From Candidatus Methylomirabilales bacterium (GTDB lineage Bacteria; Methylomirabilota; Methylomirabilia; Methylomirabilales; CSP1-5): 49,701 bases of DNA. Shown piece after piece: positions 1-9,864 of the stretch. Under the pieces are notes generated by a model. It searched no databases. It had not been told where the DNA came from and was given only the letters and a program-made list of their open reading frames with translations. Numbering within the stretch: the stretch's first letter is position 1; each line of letters begins with the position of its first letter. The translations under genes were made by a program, and so were the position numbers. The DNA is taken from the NCBI GenBank assembly GCA_041599135.1, contig JBFHXD010000003.1, positions 1 through 49,701 of the forward strand, in the 5' to 3' direction.

Positions 1-82
1 AGACCTGGTGGTGACGATGGGGGCAGGGGATATCTGGCGAGTGGGAGAGGAGCTTCTCCGCCGGCTCGAGGGAGGTTCATAG
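1..82 (+). CDS. murC: UDP-N-acetylmuramate--L-alanine ligase, C-terminal fragment (5' truncated by window)
   Basis: Frame 2 reads DLVVTMGAGDIWRVGEELLRRLEGGS*, the typical MurC C-terminus; directly upstream of murB. Confidence 0.85.
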   Translation, partial: DLVVTMGAGDIWRVGEELLRRLEGGS

Positions 83-232
83 TTGAGAGCTGAGAGTTGA
101 GGGTTGAGAGCTGAGAGCTGCGAGGGAGGACGACCGATAACCGCACAATTTCGAAATTCGAAATTTTGGGGACGTTGGACTCTAGACTCTGGACTCTCAA
201 CTATGAACCGTGAACCATGAACCCTGAACGGA
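81..232. repeat. Intergenic heptamer tandem repeats
   Basis: GTTGAGA/GCTGAGA about x6 at 81-120; TTCGAAA-type run 147-166; GGACTCT/GAACCNT run 177-232, partly complementary to the first run. Confidence 0.8.
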
Positions 233-233
233 A

Positions 234-1148
234 ATGAAAAGAGTGGACCAAGGAAAAAAAGAAACGCTGGAGAAGCAGATCAGGGGTCGGGTCGTGTATG
301 GAGAGCCTCTCGACAAGCACACCTCCTTTGGGATCGGCGGCCCCGCAGACATTATGGTCTTTCCTGCGGGGGTAGAGGATATCCAGGCTGCGCTCGCGTT
401 CTGCCGAAAGGCAGATCTTCCGTATCTCGTCCTGGGGGGTGGCAGTAATGTGTTAGTTCGAGACGGAGGATTTCGGGGGATGGTTCTCCATGTGGATACG
501 GTCTTTCATCAACTGACCTGTGAGGGGAGGCGAGTCCGTGCCGGCGCAGGGGTACGCCTCAGTCGACTGGTCGCCTTCTGTTCGAAACACGCCCTGGTCG
601 GGATGGAATGCCTTTCTGGCATTCCCGGAACCGTCGGGGGTGGAGTGAAAGGGAACGCTGGTGCCGTGGGGGGCTCGATTTCCGACCACCTGGTGGAGGT
701 CCAGCTGCTGATGCCGCAGGGAGACCTGCAGGCTTTATCGCGAGACCAGATGGAGTTTTCATATCGATACTCCTCCTTGCCCGAGGGATGCGTGGTGCTT
801 GAAGCGGCGTTCGACTTGGAGCCTGGGGATCCCGTTCAGATCCGGCGCCGCGTCTCAGGGAATCTCCTCGAGCGGAACCGCCGACAGCCGGTGGAATGGC
901 GATCGGCTGGGTCCATATTCAAGAACCCTCCCGGCGATTATGCGGGCCGGCTGGTGGAGAAGGTCAACCTCAAGGGAGTGCGGGTCGGAGATGCGTGCAT
1001 CTCGCCGAAGCATGGAAACTTCATCATCAATCTTGGGAGAGCCAGCGCGATAGACGTCCTGACCCTTATTGACCTGATGCAACGCCGGGTGCGGGACGAG
1101 ATCGGTGTTGAACTGGATCTCGAAGTCCGGGTGGTGGGGGAGGACTAA
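234..1148 (+). CDS. murB: UDP-N-acetylenolpyruvoylglucosamine reductase
   Basis: HTSFGIGGPAD, GGGSNVL, GIPGTVGG..GNAGA, SAGSIFKNP, HGNFIIN motifs. Confidence 0.97.
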   Translation: MKRVDQGKKETLEKQIRGRVVYGEPLDKHTSFGIGGPADIMVFPAGVEDIQAALAFCRKADLPYLVLGGGSNVLVRDGGFRGMVLHVDTVFHQLTCEGRRVRAGAGVRLSRLVAFCSKHALVGMECLSGIPGTVGGGVKGNAGAVGGSISDHLVEVQLLMPQGDLQALSRDQMEFSYRYSSLPEGCVVLEAAFDLEPGDPVQIRRRVSGNLLERNRRQPVEWRSAGSIFKNPPGDYAGRLVEKVNLKGVRVGDACISPKHGNFIINLGRASAIDVLTLIDLMQRRVRDEIGVELDLEVRVVGED

Positions 1149-1157
1149 TGGGCACAC

Positions 1158-1193
1158 GGTACAGCGGGTACAGCGAGTACAGAGGGTACAAAA
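1158..1193 (+). repeat. Nonamer tandem repeat (GGTACAGCG-like x4)
   Basis: GGTACAGCG GGTACAGCG AGTACAGAG GGTACAAAA; related runs at 20048-20085 and 20341-20403. Confidence 0.75.
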
Positions 1194-1229
1194 CGTTCAG
1201 GGAAGGCTATGGGAAGGTAACACTGAACT

Positions 1230-2045
1230 ATGAACGGTAAAAGGGGTAAGGTGCGCAAAAGACGGAGACAAGACCTGTGGACTCGGCTGGGGCGAATCGC
1301 AGGGGTCGTACTGCTCGCCGTCCTCGTTGCGGGGATCGTGTGGTGGGTTCACCAACCGCTCCTTGAGCTCTCGCATCTTCACATAAGTAATATCCAGGTG
1401 CGGGGGAATCATCACGTGACGAAAGAGGACATCCGTTCCCAGGCAGGGATTCACACGCCGGTCAACGCGTTCCAATTGGATCTGGAGGAGATGGCCGGCA
1501 GGATCATGGCGCACCCTTGGATTCGAAGCGTGTCGATTGAGCGACGGCTCCCCAGCGGCTTGATCATCACCGTCGAGGAGCGACAGCCCATCGGCCTGCT
1601 GACCTCCGGGAAAACGTATCTGCTGAGCACTGATGGCCTCATCTTGGAAGAGATGAAGAAATCTTCAACCCGAGTGCTCCCTCGGTTTCGACCCGCGTGG
1701 CGTGTCAGGTACCGGGTGGGGGAACACCTCGACGATCCTCACCTGTTAGGAGGGCTTGAGCTCCTTGGGGCGCTCCCGGACGCGCCCGTGCTGCGACAGG
1801 CGGAGCTAGAGGAGATCACGGTAGAGGCCGACGGGTACTATGTCCTGCACCTGACGCAGGGCCGACCAGTCCTCCGGCTCGGCCCAATAGAGCCCCTCAG
1901 GCAGCTCACTCGTCTTGAAATCGCCCTGCGCCACCGAGGCCTAAAGCTGGAGAATTTTGCCTATGTGGATCTCAGATTCCCCGGGCGGGTGATTCTGAAG
2001 CCCTGGAGAAAGGAGGCTGAGCAGTGGGATGGCAGAACAACCTGA
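1230..2045 (+). CDS. ftsQ: Cell division protein FtsQ/DivIB
   Basis: Basic N-tail, single TM helix, POTRA domain (IQVRGN..HPWIRSVSIERRLPS), C-terminal YVDLRF; precedes ftsA. Confidence 0.93.
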   Translation: MNGKRGKVRKRRRQDLWTRLGRIAGVVLLAVLVAGIVWWVHQPLLELSHLHISNIQVRGNHHVTKEDIRSQAGIHTPVNAFQLDLEEMAGRIMAHPWIRSVSIERRLPSGLIITVEERQPIGLLTSGKTYLLSTDGLILEEMKKSSTRVLPRFRPAWRVRYRVGEHLDDPHLLGGLELLGALPDAPVLRQAELEEITVEADGYYVLHLTQGRPVLRLGPIEPLRQLTRLEIALRHRGLKLENFAYVDLRFPGRVILKPWRKEAEQWDGRTT

Positions 2046-3262
2046 TTGCGGGAGTAGACGTCGGGACCACGAAGATTTGTGCCATCATCGCCGAGCTAGC
2101 AGAGGACGGAAGTCTCGACATCATCGGCATTGGGACGAGTCCGTCCAAAGGCCTGCGGAAGGGAGTCGTGATCAATATCGATGTCACGGTCGATTCGATT
2201 AAACGCGCCCTCGAAGAGGCAGAGCTGATGGCAGGCGTGGATGTCTATTCCGCCTTCGTGGGGATTGCCGGCGGCCATATCAAGGGGATCAACAGCCGCG
2301 GGGTGATTGCGGTCTCCGGGAAGAATCGCGAGATTACCCAGCGGGATATCGAACGGGTCATCGATGCGGCGAAGGCGGTGGCGCTGCCCGTGGATCGCGA
2401 GGTGATCCATGTTCTGCCTCAGGAATTTATGGTGGACGGTCAGGGGGGGATCAAAGAGCCGCTGGGGATGACCGGGGTGCGACTCGAGTCCGAAGTCCAT
2501 ATCGTCACCGGTGCCGTCACCTCCGCGCAGAACATCATCAAATGTTGCAACAGGGCGGGGCTTGAGGTCCAGGACATCGTGCTTCAGCAGCTGGCCTCAA
2601 GCCTCTCGACGCTGACCGCCGACGAAAAGGATCTGGGCGTGGTCTTGGTGGATATCGGGGGTGGCACGTCGGACATCGCCGTCTTTACAGATGGGAGTAT
2701 CTATCACACGGCGGTGTTGTCGGTCGGCGGAGATCACGTCACCAACGACATCGCGATCGGCCTGCGCACGCCCGTGCACGAAGCGGAAGAGATCAAGAAG
2801 AAATACGGGTGTGCGTCCGCCATGCTGATCGAGGGAGAAGTGAAGATCGAGGTGGGTGGCTTGGGGGGTCGTCGTCCTCGGATTATCAGCCGGCACATGC
2901 TCTCTGAGATTATCCGGCCTCGTCTGGAGGAGATTTTCTCCCTCGTCGATCGGGAGGTTCGGCGGGCCGGGTTTGGGGACGCGAACGTCGCAGGCATGGT
3001 CGTGACGGGGGGCTCCTCCATCCTGGCGGGGGTCCCGGAGCTCGCCGAGGAGATGCTCAATGTGCCGGTGAGGCGGGGCATTCCTACCGGGGTGGCGGGT
3101 CTCGTCGACATCGTGGCGAGCCCGATCTATGCGACGGCGGTAGGCCTCGTCCAGTACGGGGCTCAGCGTCGACATCAACGCAAGTTCCGACGGGTCACCG
3201 AGGGGGCCCTGTTCAGTCGAGTGACGGATCGGATGCGAGAATGGTTCGGTGAATTTTTCTAA
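2024..3262 (+). CDS. ftsA: Cell division protein FtsA
   Basis: VDVGTTKI, GLRKGVV, DIGGGTSD, VTGGSS motifs; C-terminal amphipathic WFGEFF; AAGGAGG RBS before GTG. Confidence 0.98.
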   Translation: MGWQNNLIAGVDVGTTKICAIIAELAEDGSLDIIGIGTSPSKGLRKGVVINIDVTVDSIKRALEEAELMAGVDVYSAFVGIAGGHIKGINSRGVIAVSGKNREITQRDIERVIDAAKAVALPVDREVIHVLPQEFMVDGQGGIKEPLGMTGVRLESEVHIVTGAVTSAQNIIKCCNRAGLEVQDIVLQQLASSLSTLTADEKDLGVVLVDIGGGTSDIAVFTDGSIYHTAVLSVGGDHVTNDIAIGLRTPVHEAEEIKKKYGCASAMLIEGEVKIEVGGLGGRRPRIISRHMLSEIIRPRLEEIFSLVDREVRRAGFGDANVAGMVVTGGSSILAGVPELAEEMLNVPVRRGIPTGVAGLVDIVASPIYATAVGLVQYGAQRRHQRKFRRVTEGALFSRVTDRMREWFGEFF

Positions 3263-3316
3263 GCGGAGGCTGACCGGTCGTCGGTCAAGAGTCAACGCGT
3301 AACGGGAGGGTGTGCG

Positions 3317-4468
3317 ATGCCGTTTCAGTTAGAAGATGCACCACAGAGGACCGCCAAGATTAAAGTCGTCGGCGTGGGAGGGGGAGGCTCGAACGCGGTC
3401 AACCGCATGGCGATCTCGTCGATGACCGGGGTAGAGTTCATTGTCGTCAATACAGACGCCCAAGCCCTAGAATCCTCGCCAGTTGAAAGGACGATACAGA
3501 TCGGCGAGAAGCTGACGAAGGGATTGGGAGCCGGATCGAACCCCGATATCGGGCGGAAAGCGGCCATCGAGGATACCGACAGGATCTTGAGCCTTCTGGA
3601 GGGCGCGGATATGGTCTTCGTAACAGCCGGCCTCGGGGGAGGAACCGGAACCGGCGCAACGCCCATCATCGCTAATCTCGCCAAGGAGATGGGGATCTTG
3701 ACGGTGGGCGTGGTGACCAAGCCCTTCGACTTTGAAGGGAAGGTGCGTTCTGCGCAGGCCGAGCGGGGGCTCCAGGAGCTCAGGGAAAAGGTCGACACCC
3801 TCATCACCATTCCCAATCAGCAACTCCTCTCACTGGCCGAGGTGACCACGACCTTTCTCGAGGCCTTCAAGCTGGCCGACGATGTCCTCCGCCAAGCAGT
3901 CCAGGGGATTTCTGATCTCATTGTGGTCCCTGGCCTGATCAATGTGGATTTCGCCGACGTCCGGACCATCATGGCCGAACGAGGATTGGCCATGATGGGA
4001 ACGGGATACGCGGTGGGGGAGGACTGTGCCATCGAGGCAACCCAGCGAGCCATCAGCAGTCCCTTGCTGGAAAATCTCTCGATTCGGGGAGCCCGGGGCG
4101 TCTTGCTGAACATCACCGGGGGCCCGGATCTCTGCCTCCATGAAGTCGGGCAGGTGGGCCAGACGATCTATGAAGCCGCCGATCCCCATGCTCATATTAT
4201 CTTTGGGGCGGTGATCGATGAACGGATGAACCGCGAGGTGCGGGTGACAGTCATCGCCACCGGCTTTGATCACCAGGAAGCCCGGGTAGCCGAGGAGGCC
4301 AAGATCGCCGATCTCAAGGCCTATGCAAGCAAGGTGGTCGAGCGGCCCACGTATCTCAGGCGCCGGGCGGGGAAAGGGGAGGGTGCTCCAGCCCAGCTCA
4401 CGCTTCAACAGGACGCGGAGGAGGATGCACTGGACATCCCGACCTTCCTCCGCCGCCAAGTCGACTGA
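3317..4468 (+). CDS. ftsZ: Cell division protein FtsZ
   Basis: [18 protein letters not shown] signature, NVDFAD, C-terminal LDIPTFLRR. Confidence 0.99.
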   Translation: MPFQLEDAPQRTAKIKVVGVGGGGSNAVNRMAISSMTGVEFIVVNTDAQALESSPVERTIQIGEKLTKGLGAGSNPDIGRKAAIEDTDRILSLLEGADMVFVTAGLGGGTGTGATPIIANLAKEMGILTVGVVTKPFDFEGKVRSAQAERGLQELREKVDTLITIPNQQLLSLAEVTTTFLEAFKLADDVLRQAVQGISDLIVVPGLINVDFADVRTIMAERGLAMMGTGYAVGEDCAIEATQRAISSPLLENLSIRGARGVLLNITGGPDLCLHEVGQVGQTIYEAADPHAHIIFGAVIDERMNREVRVTVIATGFDHQEARVAEEAKIADLKAYASKVVERPTYLRRRAGKGEGAPAQLTLQQDAEEDALDIPTFLRRQVD

Positions 4469-4487
4469 AGCTCTCCCCTATCCACGT

Positions 4488-4521
4488 GAGGGGCGGCCCC
4501 CAGCGGGCCGCCCCTCTTGTT
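4488..4521 (+). terminator. Probable intrinsic terminator after ftsZ
   Basis: 12-bp stem GAGGGGCGGCCC / GGGCCGCCCCTC, 5-nt loop, then TTGTT. Confidence 0.7.
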
Positions 4522-4550
4522 ATCGCCCCTCCAAAGAGAAAAAAGATTCC

Positions 4551-5747
4551 ATGAGAACGCTCGCAAACATGCTGGTCGTCATGGTGCTGGGTGCATTCGT
4601 GCCGTACACCGCGCTCGCCGACGAGCTCTTGTGGAACAAGCTTAATGCCCGGGTGTTTGCGCTCTATCGTCAGGGGGAATATGTGGAGGCGACGAAAATG
4701 GCCGAACAGGCATTGAAAGTCGCAGAAGACACATTTGGTCCCCACCATCGCAATGTGGCGAGATCCCTGAAGATCCTGGCAGCCCTGTACAGGTCGAAGG
4801 GTGACGCTATTGCAGCGGAACCCTTCTACCTCCGGGCACTGGCGGTGGAGGAAAAAGCCCTGGGACCCGTCCATCCCGAGGTGGCATCCATCCTCAACGA
4901 TCTCGCAGCAATGTATAGAGCCCAGGGGAGATATGTCCAGGCTGAACCCTTCTACGAGCGGGCACTGGCCATACGGGAACACACATTGGGAGCGGACCAT
5001 TTCCAGGTGGGCGAATCCCTGGACAGATTGGCGCTGGTCTATTACGCCCAGGGCAAATATGCGGACGCCGAGCCCCTCCACAGGCGGGCATTGGTTATCT
5101 GGAAGAAGACCGTGGGAGACCTTCATCCCAGGCGGGCCACTTCCCTGAATAATCTTGGCCTCGTGTATTATGCCCAGGGCAACTATACGCAGGCCGAGAC
5201 CCTGTACGAGGAGGCACTAGCCATACGGGAAAAAACCCTCGGGCCAGCGCATCCCGATGTGGCGGTCACCCTGGGGAATCTCGGCGAACTCTACGGAGCC
5301 CAAGGCGACTATGCCAGAGCCGAACCCTTAATCACGCGGGCACTCATCATAAGTGAAGACACCGTTGGGTCGGACCATCTCCTTGTGGCGATTACACTGG
5401 ATAAGCTGGCGGTCCTCTATATAGCCCAGGGCGACTATGCGAAAGCCGAGCCGCTGACCAAGCGGGCACAGGCCATCGGTGAGAAGGCCCTGAGACCAGG
5501 CCATCCACGCCTCGCGACCTTCCTGAGTACTACGGGCAGACTCTACGCAGCCCAGCGCAAGTACATCGAGGCCGAGCGTCTGTATGAGCGAGCACTCGCG
5601 ATCAGGGAAGAGGCCCTGGGGCCAGCGCATCCCGATGTGGCGACGCTGCTCTGGCACATGGCCGAGCTCTACGAGAACGTCGGCAGGCAGGACGAGGCGG
5701 GAAGATTTAAGAAACGTGCACAGAATATCCGTGTGAAAAAGCGCTAA
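4551..5747 (+). CDS. Secreted/periplasmic TPR protein (kinesin-light-chain-type 42-aa repeats)
   Basis: Start re-called at ATG 4551: signal peptide MRTLANMLVVMVLGAFVPYTALA; repeated 'AEPLY.RALAI.EK.LGP.HP.VA' units. Confidence 0.85.
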   Translation: MRTLANMLVVMVLGAFVPYTALADELLWNKLNARVFALYRQGEYVEATKMAEQALKVAEDTFGPHHRNVARSLKILAALYRSKGDAIAAEPFYLRALAVEEKALGPVHPEVASILNDLAAMYRAQGRYVQAEPFYERALAIREHTLGADHFQVGESLDRLALVYYAQGKYADAEPLHRRALVIWKKTVGDLHPRRATSLNNLGLVYYAQGNYTQAETLYEEALAIREKTLGPAHPDVAVTLGNLGELYGAQGDYARAEPLITRALIISEDTVGSDHLLVAITLDKLAVLYIAQGDYAKAEPLTKRAQAIGEKALRPGHPRLATFLSTTGRLYAAQRKYIEAERLYERALAIREEALGPAHPDVATLLWHMAELYENVGRQDEAGRFKKRAQNIRVKKR

Positions 5748-5881
5748 TGACCTCTGGCCGGGCTTGCGAAACTCCGATCGAGTCACACGTACCGTATCGG
5801 GCATGACCTTGGCTTCTGCATTTGGTACACTCTCGAGAGCAAGAAACCGGTGTATTCCGGTGAGCCCGGTGGGAAAGTTGC

Positions 5882-6703
5882 ATGGTCGAACACGAGATCA
5901 TTGAGAGCTCCGAGCCCGGATACGTCCGAATCCCTTTTTTCGAAGGGTTGTCCATCCTGCACGCGTTCAGTACCAGGAAAGGGGGGGTGAGCGGCCCACC
6001 CTACCACACCCTGAATCTTGGCCTCAGCGTGGGAGACGACCCGGCCGCGGTGCAGATAAACCGTCGTCGATTTTTCGGTGCCCTCGGGCTGGATCTCTCT
6101 CACGTGGTCCGAGTCCGCCAGGTCCACGGTAACGATGTCTTGGTGGTGGACCAGACGTTGGCTGGACGCGAGAAATTTCCTCGCCTCCTCCTCGATGAAG
6201 ACTACTCGTACGATGCGATGGTCACCAATATCCCGGGTCTCGGCCTGACCATCGGCACGGCCGATTGCCACCCGATCTTCATCGTCGATCGGCACCGTGG
6301 TGCGCTCGGGGCAGTCCATGCCGGCTGGCGCAGCAGCGTCAAGCACATTGTCGGGCAGACGCTCAAACAGATGCGGGACGTCTATGGCACCAACGCTTCC
6401 GACTGCTTCGCGGGTGTTGGTCCGGGTATCCGGGGCTGCTGCTATGAGGTGGATGAACCGGTTATCACGCAACTCAAGCGGGCTGTGAAAGGCTGGCAGG
6501 GTTGTGTGGAACCGGCGGGAGAGGGTCGCTGGATGTTGGACTTGGCGACGCTCAATATCATGCTTCTTCACGAGGTCGGACTCAAGCGAGACCACATCTT
6601 TGACACCGGCTTCTGCACGGCCTGCCGCACAGACCTCTTCTATTCCTACCGGGCCGAAAAGCCAACGACAGGCAGGATGATGAGCCTGGTCGCCCTCATA
6701 TAG
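5882..6703 (+). CDS. pgeF: Peptidoglycan editing factor / purine nucleoside phosphorylase YfiH family
   Basis: FSTRKGGVS, QVHG, TADC.PI, HAGWR, GPGI..CCYEV, YSYR..TGRM motifs. Confidence 0.95.
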   Translation: MVEHEIIESSEPGYVRIPFFEGLSILHAFSTRKGGVSGPPYHTLNLGLSVGDDPAAVQINRRRFFGALGLDLSHVVRVRQVHGNDVLVVDQTLAGREKFPRLLLDEDYSYDAMVTNIPGLGLTIGTADCHPIFIVDRHRGALGAVHAGWRSSVKHIVGQTLKQMRDVYGTNASDCFAGVGPGIRGCCYEVDEPVITQLKRAVKGWQGCVEPAGEGRWMLDLATLNIMLLHEVGLKRDHIFDTGFCTACRTDLFYSYRAEKPTTGRMMSLVALI

Positions 6704-6726
6704 TTGAGGGTGCAGAGTTCACGATT

Positions 6727-6913
6727 CGATGACCGATCACCGATGACCGTGGACCGACTACAGACCGCCGTGGACGTTGACAGGATGAGTCCGCCCTTTT
6801 CGCAAACCGAGAAGTGGGATCCGCGACTCTGGACGTAAGTGGCGGCTCGTCAGTGGTTACTCCCTCGGTCGTCGGTCATCCGTCTTCGGTCGTCGCCGGA
6901 TGTCGGTCATCGT
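6727..6913. repeat. Inverted pair of heptamer tandem runs (CGATGAC-like / GTCATCG-like)
   Basis: CGATGAC CGATCAC CGATGAC... at 6727-6770; complementary GTCGTCG GTCATCC... at about 6866-6913; same family at 17912-17961. Confidence 0.7.
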
Positions 6914-6921
6914 CCCCTAAG

Positions 6922-6950
6922 TTGACACCTCTGGGACCCTTTGTTAAGTT
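6922..6950 (+). promoter_or_regulatory. Sigma70-type promoter upstream of yggS
   Basis: TTGACA-N17-TAAGTT with extended -10 TG. Confidence 0.6.
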
Positions 6951-6981
6951 ACCAAAGAAAGGAGGGTCTCGGGCGGGCTCG

Positions 6982-7671
6982 ATGACGATAAAGGAGCGTG
7001 TGGAAAGCATTCGGGAGCGGATCGCGGCGGCAGCCCTGAGCGTGGGTCGGGATCCCACCGAGGTGCTGGTGGTTGCCGTTGCGAAGACCTTTCCGGCGTC
7101 AGCGGTTGAAAAGGTCATCGCTGCCGGCATCAATAACATTGGAGAGAATCGCGTCCAAGAAGCCAGGGCGAAGATCGCTGCGATTGAGACCCCCTGTCAC
7201 TGGCACATGGTGGGGCACCTGCAGACAAATAAGGCTCGGCTCGCGGTAAGCCTTTTTGACTGGATCCAGTCGCTCGATTCGATAAAGCTTGCCCAAGAAC
7301 TGCACAAAGCGGGGTCTGGGCTGGGCAAGCGAGTGAGAACGTTAGTCGAGGTCAACCTCGGTCAGGAACCGAGCAAGACCGGGCTATACGAGACGGAACT
7401 CGTTCCCTTCCTCGAGCAGGCAGGGGCCCTGCCGGACCTGGGCATCGAGGGGTTGATGGCCATGCCCCCTTATGATCCAAATCCCGAGGCTGTCCGACCC
7501 TACTTTCGCCGTCTGCGCGAGCTTCGCGACGATGCTGCCTCGCGGTTTCCTCAGCTGACGCTCTCACATCTCTCTATGGGCATGAGCCATGATTTTGAGA
7601 TTGCCATCACGGAGGGAGCGACGATCGTGCGGGTTGGAACCGCCATCTTTGGCGAACGGCCAACCCGATAG
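6982..7671 (+). CDS. yggS: PLP homeostasis protein YggS/PROSC
   Basis: Start re-called at ATG 6982 (MTIKERV); VAVAKT, GENRVQE, WHMVGHLQTNK, LSMGMSHDF, VRVGTAIFG. Confidence 0.96.
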   Translation: MTIKERVESIRERIAAAALSVGRDPTEVLVVAVAKTFPASAVEKVIAAGINNIGENRVQEARAKIAAIETPCHWHMVGHLQTNKARLAVSLFDWIQSLDSIKLAQELHKAGSGLGKRVRTLVEVNLGQEPSKTGLYETELVPFLEQAGALPDLGIEGLMAMPPYDPNPEAVRPYFRRLRELRDDAASRFPQLTLSHLSMGMSHDFEIAITEGATIVRVGTAIFGERPTR

Positions 7672-7755
7672 CACTCAGCAGTCAGCAACCAGCTGTCAGC
7701 AAGAAAATGGAACAGGTTTTCTAAGGCTGATTGCTGACGGCTGATAGCTGACAGC
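7670..7755. repeat. Palindromic heptamer element (CAGCNNT)n ... (GCTGANN)n
   Basis: Left arm 7670-7700, right arm 7726-7755; related copies at 18982, 24384 and 49427. Confidence 0.8.
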
Positions 7756-7761
7756 TTCACC

Positions 7762-8073
7762 ATGCGGTTGGATCTTTTTCTCAAGACGTCTCGCTTGATC
7801 AAACGCCGAAGCCAAGCGAAGGCCCTGTGCGAGGCAGATCGGGTCCGCGTGAATGGACGGCCGGCGAAAGCGGGACAGCAGATTCGGCCGGGAAACCGAA
7901 TCGCCTTGGATCTGTACCGGGGTCAAGTGGTAGTCGAGGTCGAACAGGTCACATCGGGTATGAGGGGTCGGGGTGGATCCTCGGCCCGCTATAGAGTCGT
8001 GGCAGAGCAACAAACTGCTCGAGGGATGAGAGATCAGGGAGAGGAGGACAGTGATGCAGATTTTTATGGATAG
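7762..8073 (+). CDS. S4-domain RNA-binding protein (RqcP/YabO or Hsp15-like)
   Basis: MRLDLFLKTSRLIKRRSQAK..C..RVRVNGRPAKAG. Confidence 0.88.
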   Translation: MRLDLFLKTSRLIKRRSQAKALCEADRVRVNGRPAKAGQQIRPGNRIALDLYRGQVVVEVEQVTSGMRGRGGSSARYRVVAEQQTARGMRDQGEEDSDADFYG

Positions 8074-8719
8074 CGCCAATGTGAAGGCGATCCAGGATGC
8101 CGTGGCGCATGGCCTCATCGATGGGGTAACCACGAATCCGTCTCTGATCGCCAAAGAGGAGACGAAATTTCGGGAGGTGATTGAGGAGATCTGCCGGATC
8201 GTTCCCGGCCCGGTCAGCGTGGAAGTTGTGGGGACCACCTACGAGGAGATGATGGTTGAAGGCCGGGAAGTCGCCAAAATCGCTGACAATGTGGTCGTGA
8301 AGATCCCTATGCTCAAAGAAGGACTCCGGGCGGTTCGGGAGCTGACCCAGGACGGGATCCGGGTCAATGTGACGCTGGTTTTCTCGGCAGCGCAGGCCCT
8401 CTTGGCGGCCAAGGCCGGGGCGACCTATGTCAGCCCCTTTATTGGGCGCCTGGATGATCACGCCCACGTCGGCATGGATATTGTGCGCGATATCGTGGCC
8501 ATCTATGAAAATTACGCGCTTCCATCCCAAGTCTTGGTGGCCAGTGTTCGGACTCCTCTCCATTTCGTCGAGGCGGCGTTGTCCGGTGCACACGTGGTCA
8601 CCGTCCCCCCCGGAGTCCTGCAGCAGCTGTTGAAGCACCCCCTGACCGACGTGGGGCTTGAACGCTTCCTGGCTGACTGGCAAAAGGTCCCCCAAGGGAT
8701 CTTTGGCCCCCCTCGGTAA
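8054..8719 (+). CDS. tal: Transaldolase / fructose-6-phosphate aldolase (short type)
   Basis: IFMDSAN, GVTTNPSL, VVKIP (Schiff-base Lys), VNVTLVFS, YVSPFIGRLDD, HPLTD.GL. Confidence 0.95.
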   Translation: MQIFMDSANVKAIQDAVAHGLIDGVTTNPSLIAKEETKFREVIEEICRIVPGPVSVEVVGTTYEEMMVEGREVAKIADNVVVKIPMLKEGLRAVRELTQDGIRVNVTLVFSAAQALLAAKAGATYVSPFIGRLDDHAHVGMDIVRDIVAIYENYALPSQVLVASVRTPLHFVEAALSGAHVVTVPPGVLQQLLKHPLTDVGLERFLADWQKVPQGIFGPPR

Positions 8720-8781
8720 AACGGCATCCCGCAGAGGCTTCCCCTAAACTTGCTCCCCTACCCCCTATCCGCATTTTTTTC

Positions 8782-8810
8782 TTGACAACAATAAAACAAG
8801 ATTTTACATT
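8782..8810 (+). promoter_or_regulatory. Sigma70 promoter for the IclR/CoA-transferase unit, with an overlapping imperfect palindrome
   Basis: TTGACA-N17-TACATT; TAAAA-caaga-TTTTA at 8792-8806. Confidence 0.65.
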
Positions 8811-8946
8811 GTGGGGGCTCTCACACGGCACCGACTATCCATATCCGAGCAAGTCCTTTCGTGCATATAAGCCCGGTTGGTGTTTGCGGGTCGCCAGGAA
8901 GGGGACCCTTCGTAGAGCCCAATCCCGCGTAGGATAAAGGCCGAGG

Positions 8947-9759
8947 ATGGCTCATCGCCGCAAGCAAAAATCGGAATATATCGTCCAGTCAGTCGACCGG
9001 GCCTTAGACATACTCGAGGCGTTCAATTATCACGAGGAAGAGCTGGGAGTGACCGAGCTCAGCCAGAAGCTCGGGCTCCATAAAAACAACGTTTTCCGTT
9101 TGCTGGCCACCCTGGAGGTCCGGGGGTATATCGAGCAGGATAAGAAGACCGGGAACTACCGGTTGGGGATCAAGACCTTCGAGGTGGCCAACATATTCCT
9201 CCATCATTTGGGCCTGAGACGTCAGGCGCGGCCCATCTTGGAGGATCTGGCCGATCGGTGTGACGAGACGGCATATCTCGCGATCTTGGATGGCCCCGAG
9301 GTGGTGTACGTCTTGATGCACGAGACTTCACAGACGGTTCGTATTGTCCCCCGCCTGGGCCACCGTTTGCCCGCATACTGCACTGCCTCTGGCAAGATCC
9401 AGCTGGCCTTTGAGTCTCGCGACCATCTGGCCCAGATCTTCGAAGGCCATACGCTGAAGAAATATACGGGAAACACAATCGATAACTTTGAAAAGCTCCT
9501 CAACCATCTCAAAGAAGTGACTCGGCTCGGATACGCCGTTGACAACGAGGAGTTGGAGCAGGGAGTCCGTTGCGTCGCTGCACCGGTGAAAGATTACTCA
9601 CATCGGGTAGTAGCCGGCGTCGCGCTCTCGGGTCCGGTGCCGCGGTTCTCCATGGAGCGGATCGAGAAGGAGCTGGTTCCCCTCGTGAAGGACGCTGGGA
9701 TAAAGATTTCCCAACGTCTGGGATACGAACTCCATCCGGTTGGCCTCAAGGGGGAGTGA
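8947..9759 (+). CDS. IclR-family transcriptional regulator
   Basis: VQSVDRALDIL HTH; PAYCTASGK; GYAVDNEELEQGVRCVAAPV. Confidence 0.96.
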   Translation: MAHRRKQKSEYIVQSVDRALDILEAFNYHEEELGVTELSQKLGLHKNNVFRLLATLEVRGYIEQDKKTGNYRLGIKTFEVANIFLHHLGLRRQARPILEDLADRCDETAYLAILDGPEVVYVLMHETSQTVRIVPRLGHRLPAYCTASGKIQLAFESRDHLAQIFEGHTLKKYTGNTIDNFEKLLNHLKEVTRLGYAVDNEELEQGVRCVAAPVKDYSHRVVAGVALSGPVPRFSMERIEKELVPLVKDAGIKISQRLGYELHPVGLKGE

Positions 9760-9864
9760 ACAGAAGAAAGGAGGTGAGAGGCGAACACGGAGAGATGCTG
9801 TCGATGAATTCGGTGTTGATGGAAGCGGAGGCATCACAAGAACTTCTTGCAGGAGGAGGAGAGC

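Noticed and set aside
7670-7755. CRISPR array or IS ends in the short-repeat regions
   Set aside because: Units are 7-9 nt with no unique spacers, no cas or transposase genes, and no target duplications seen.
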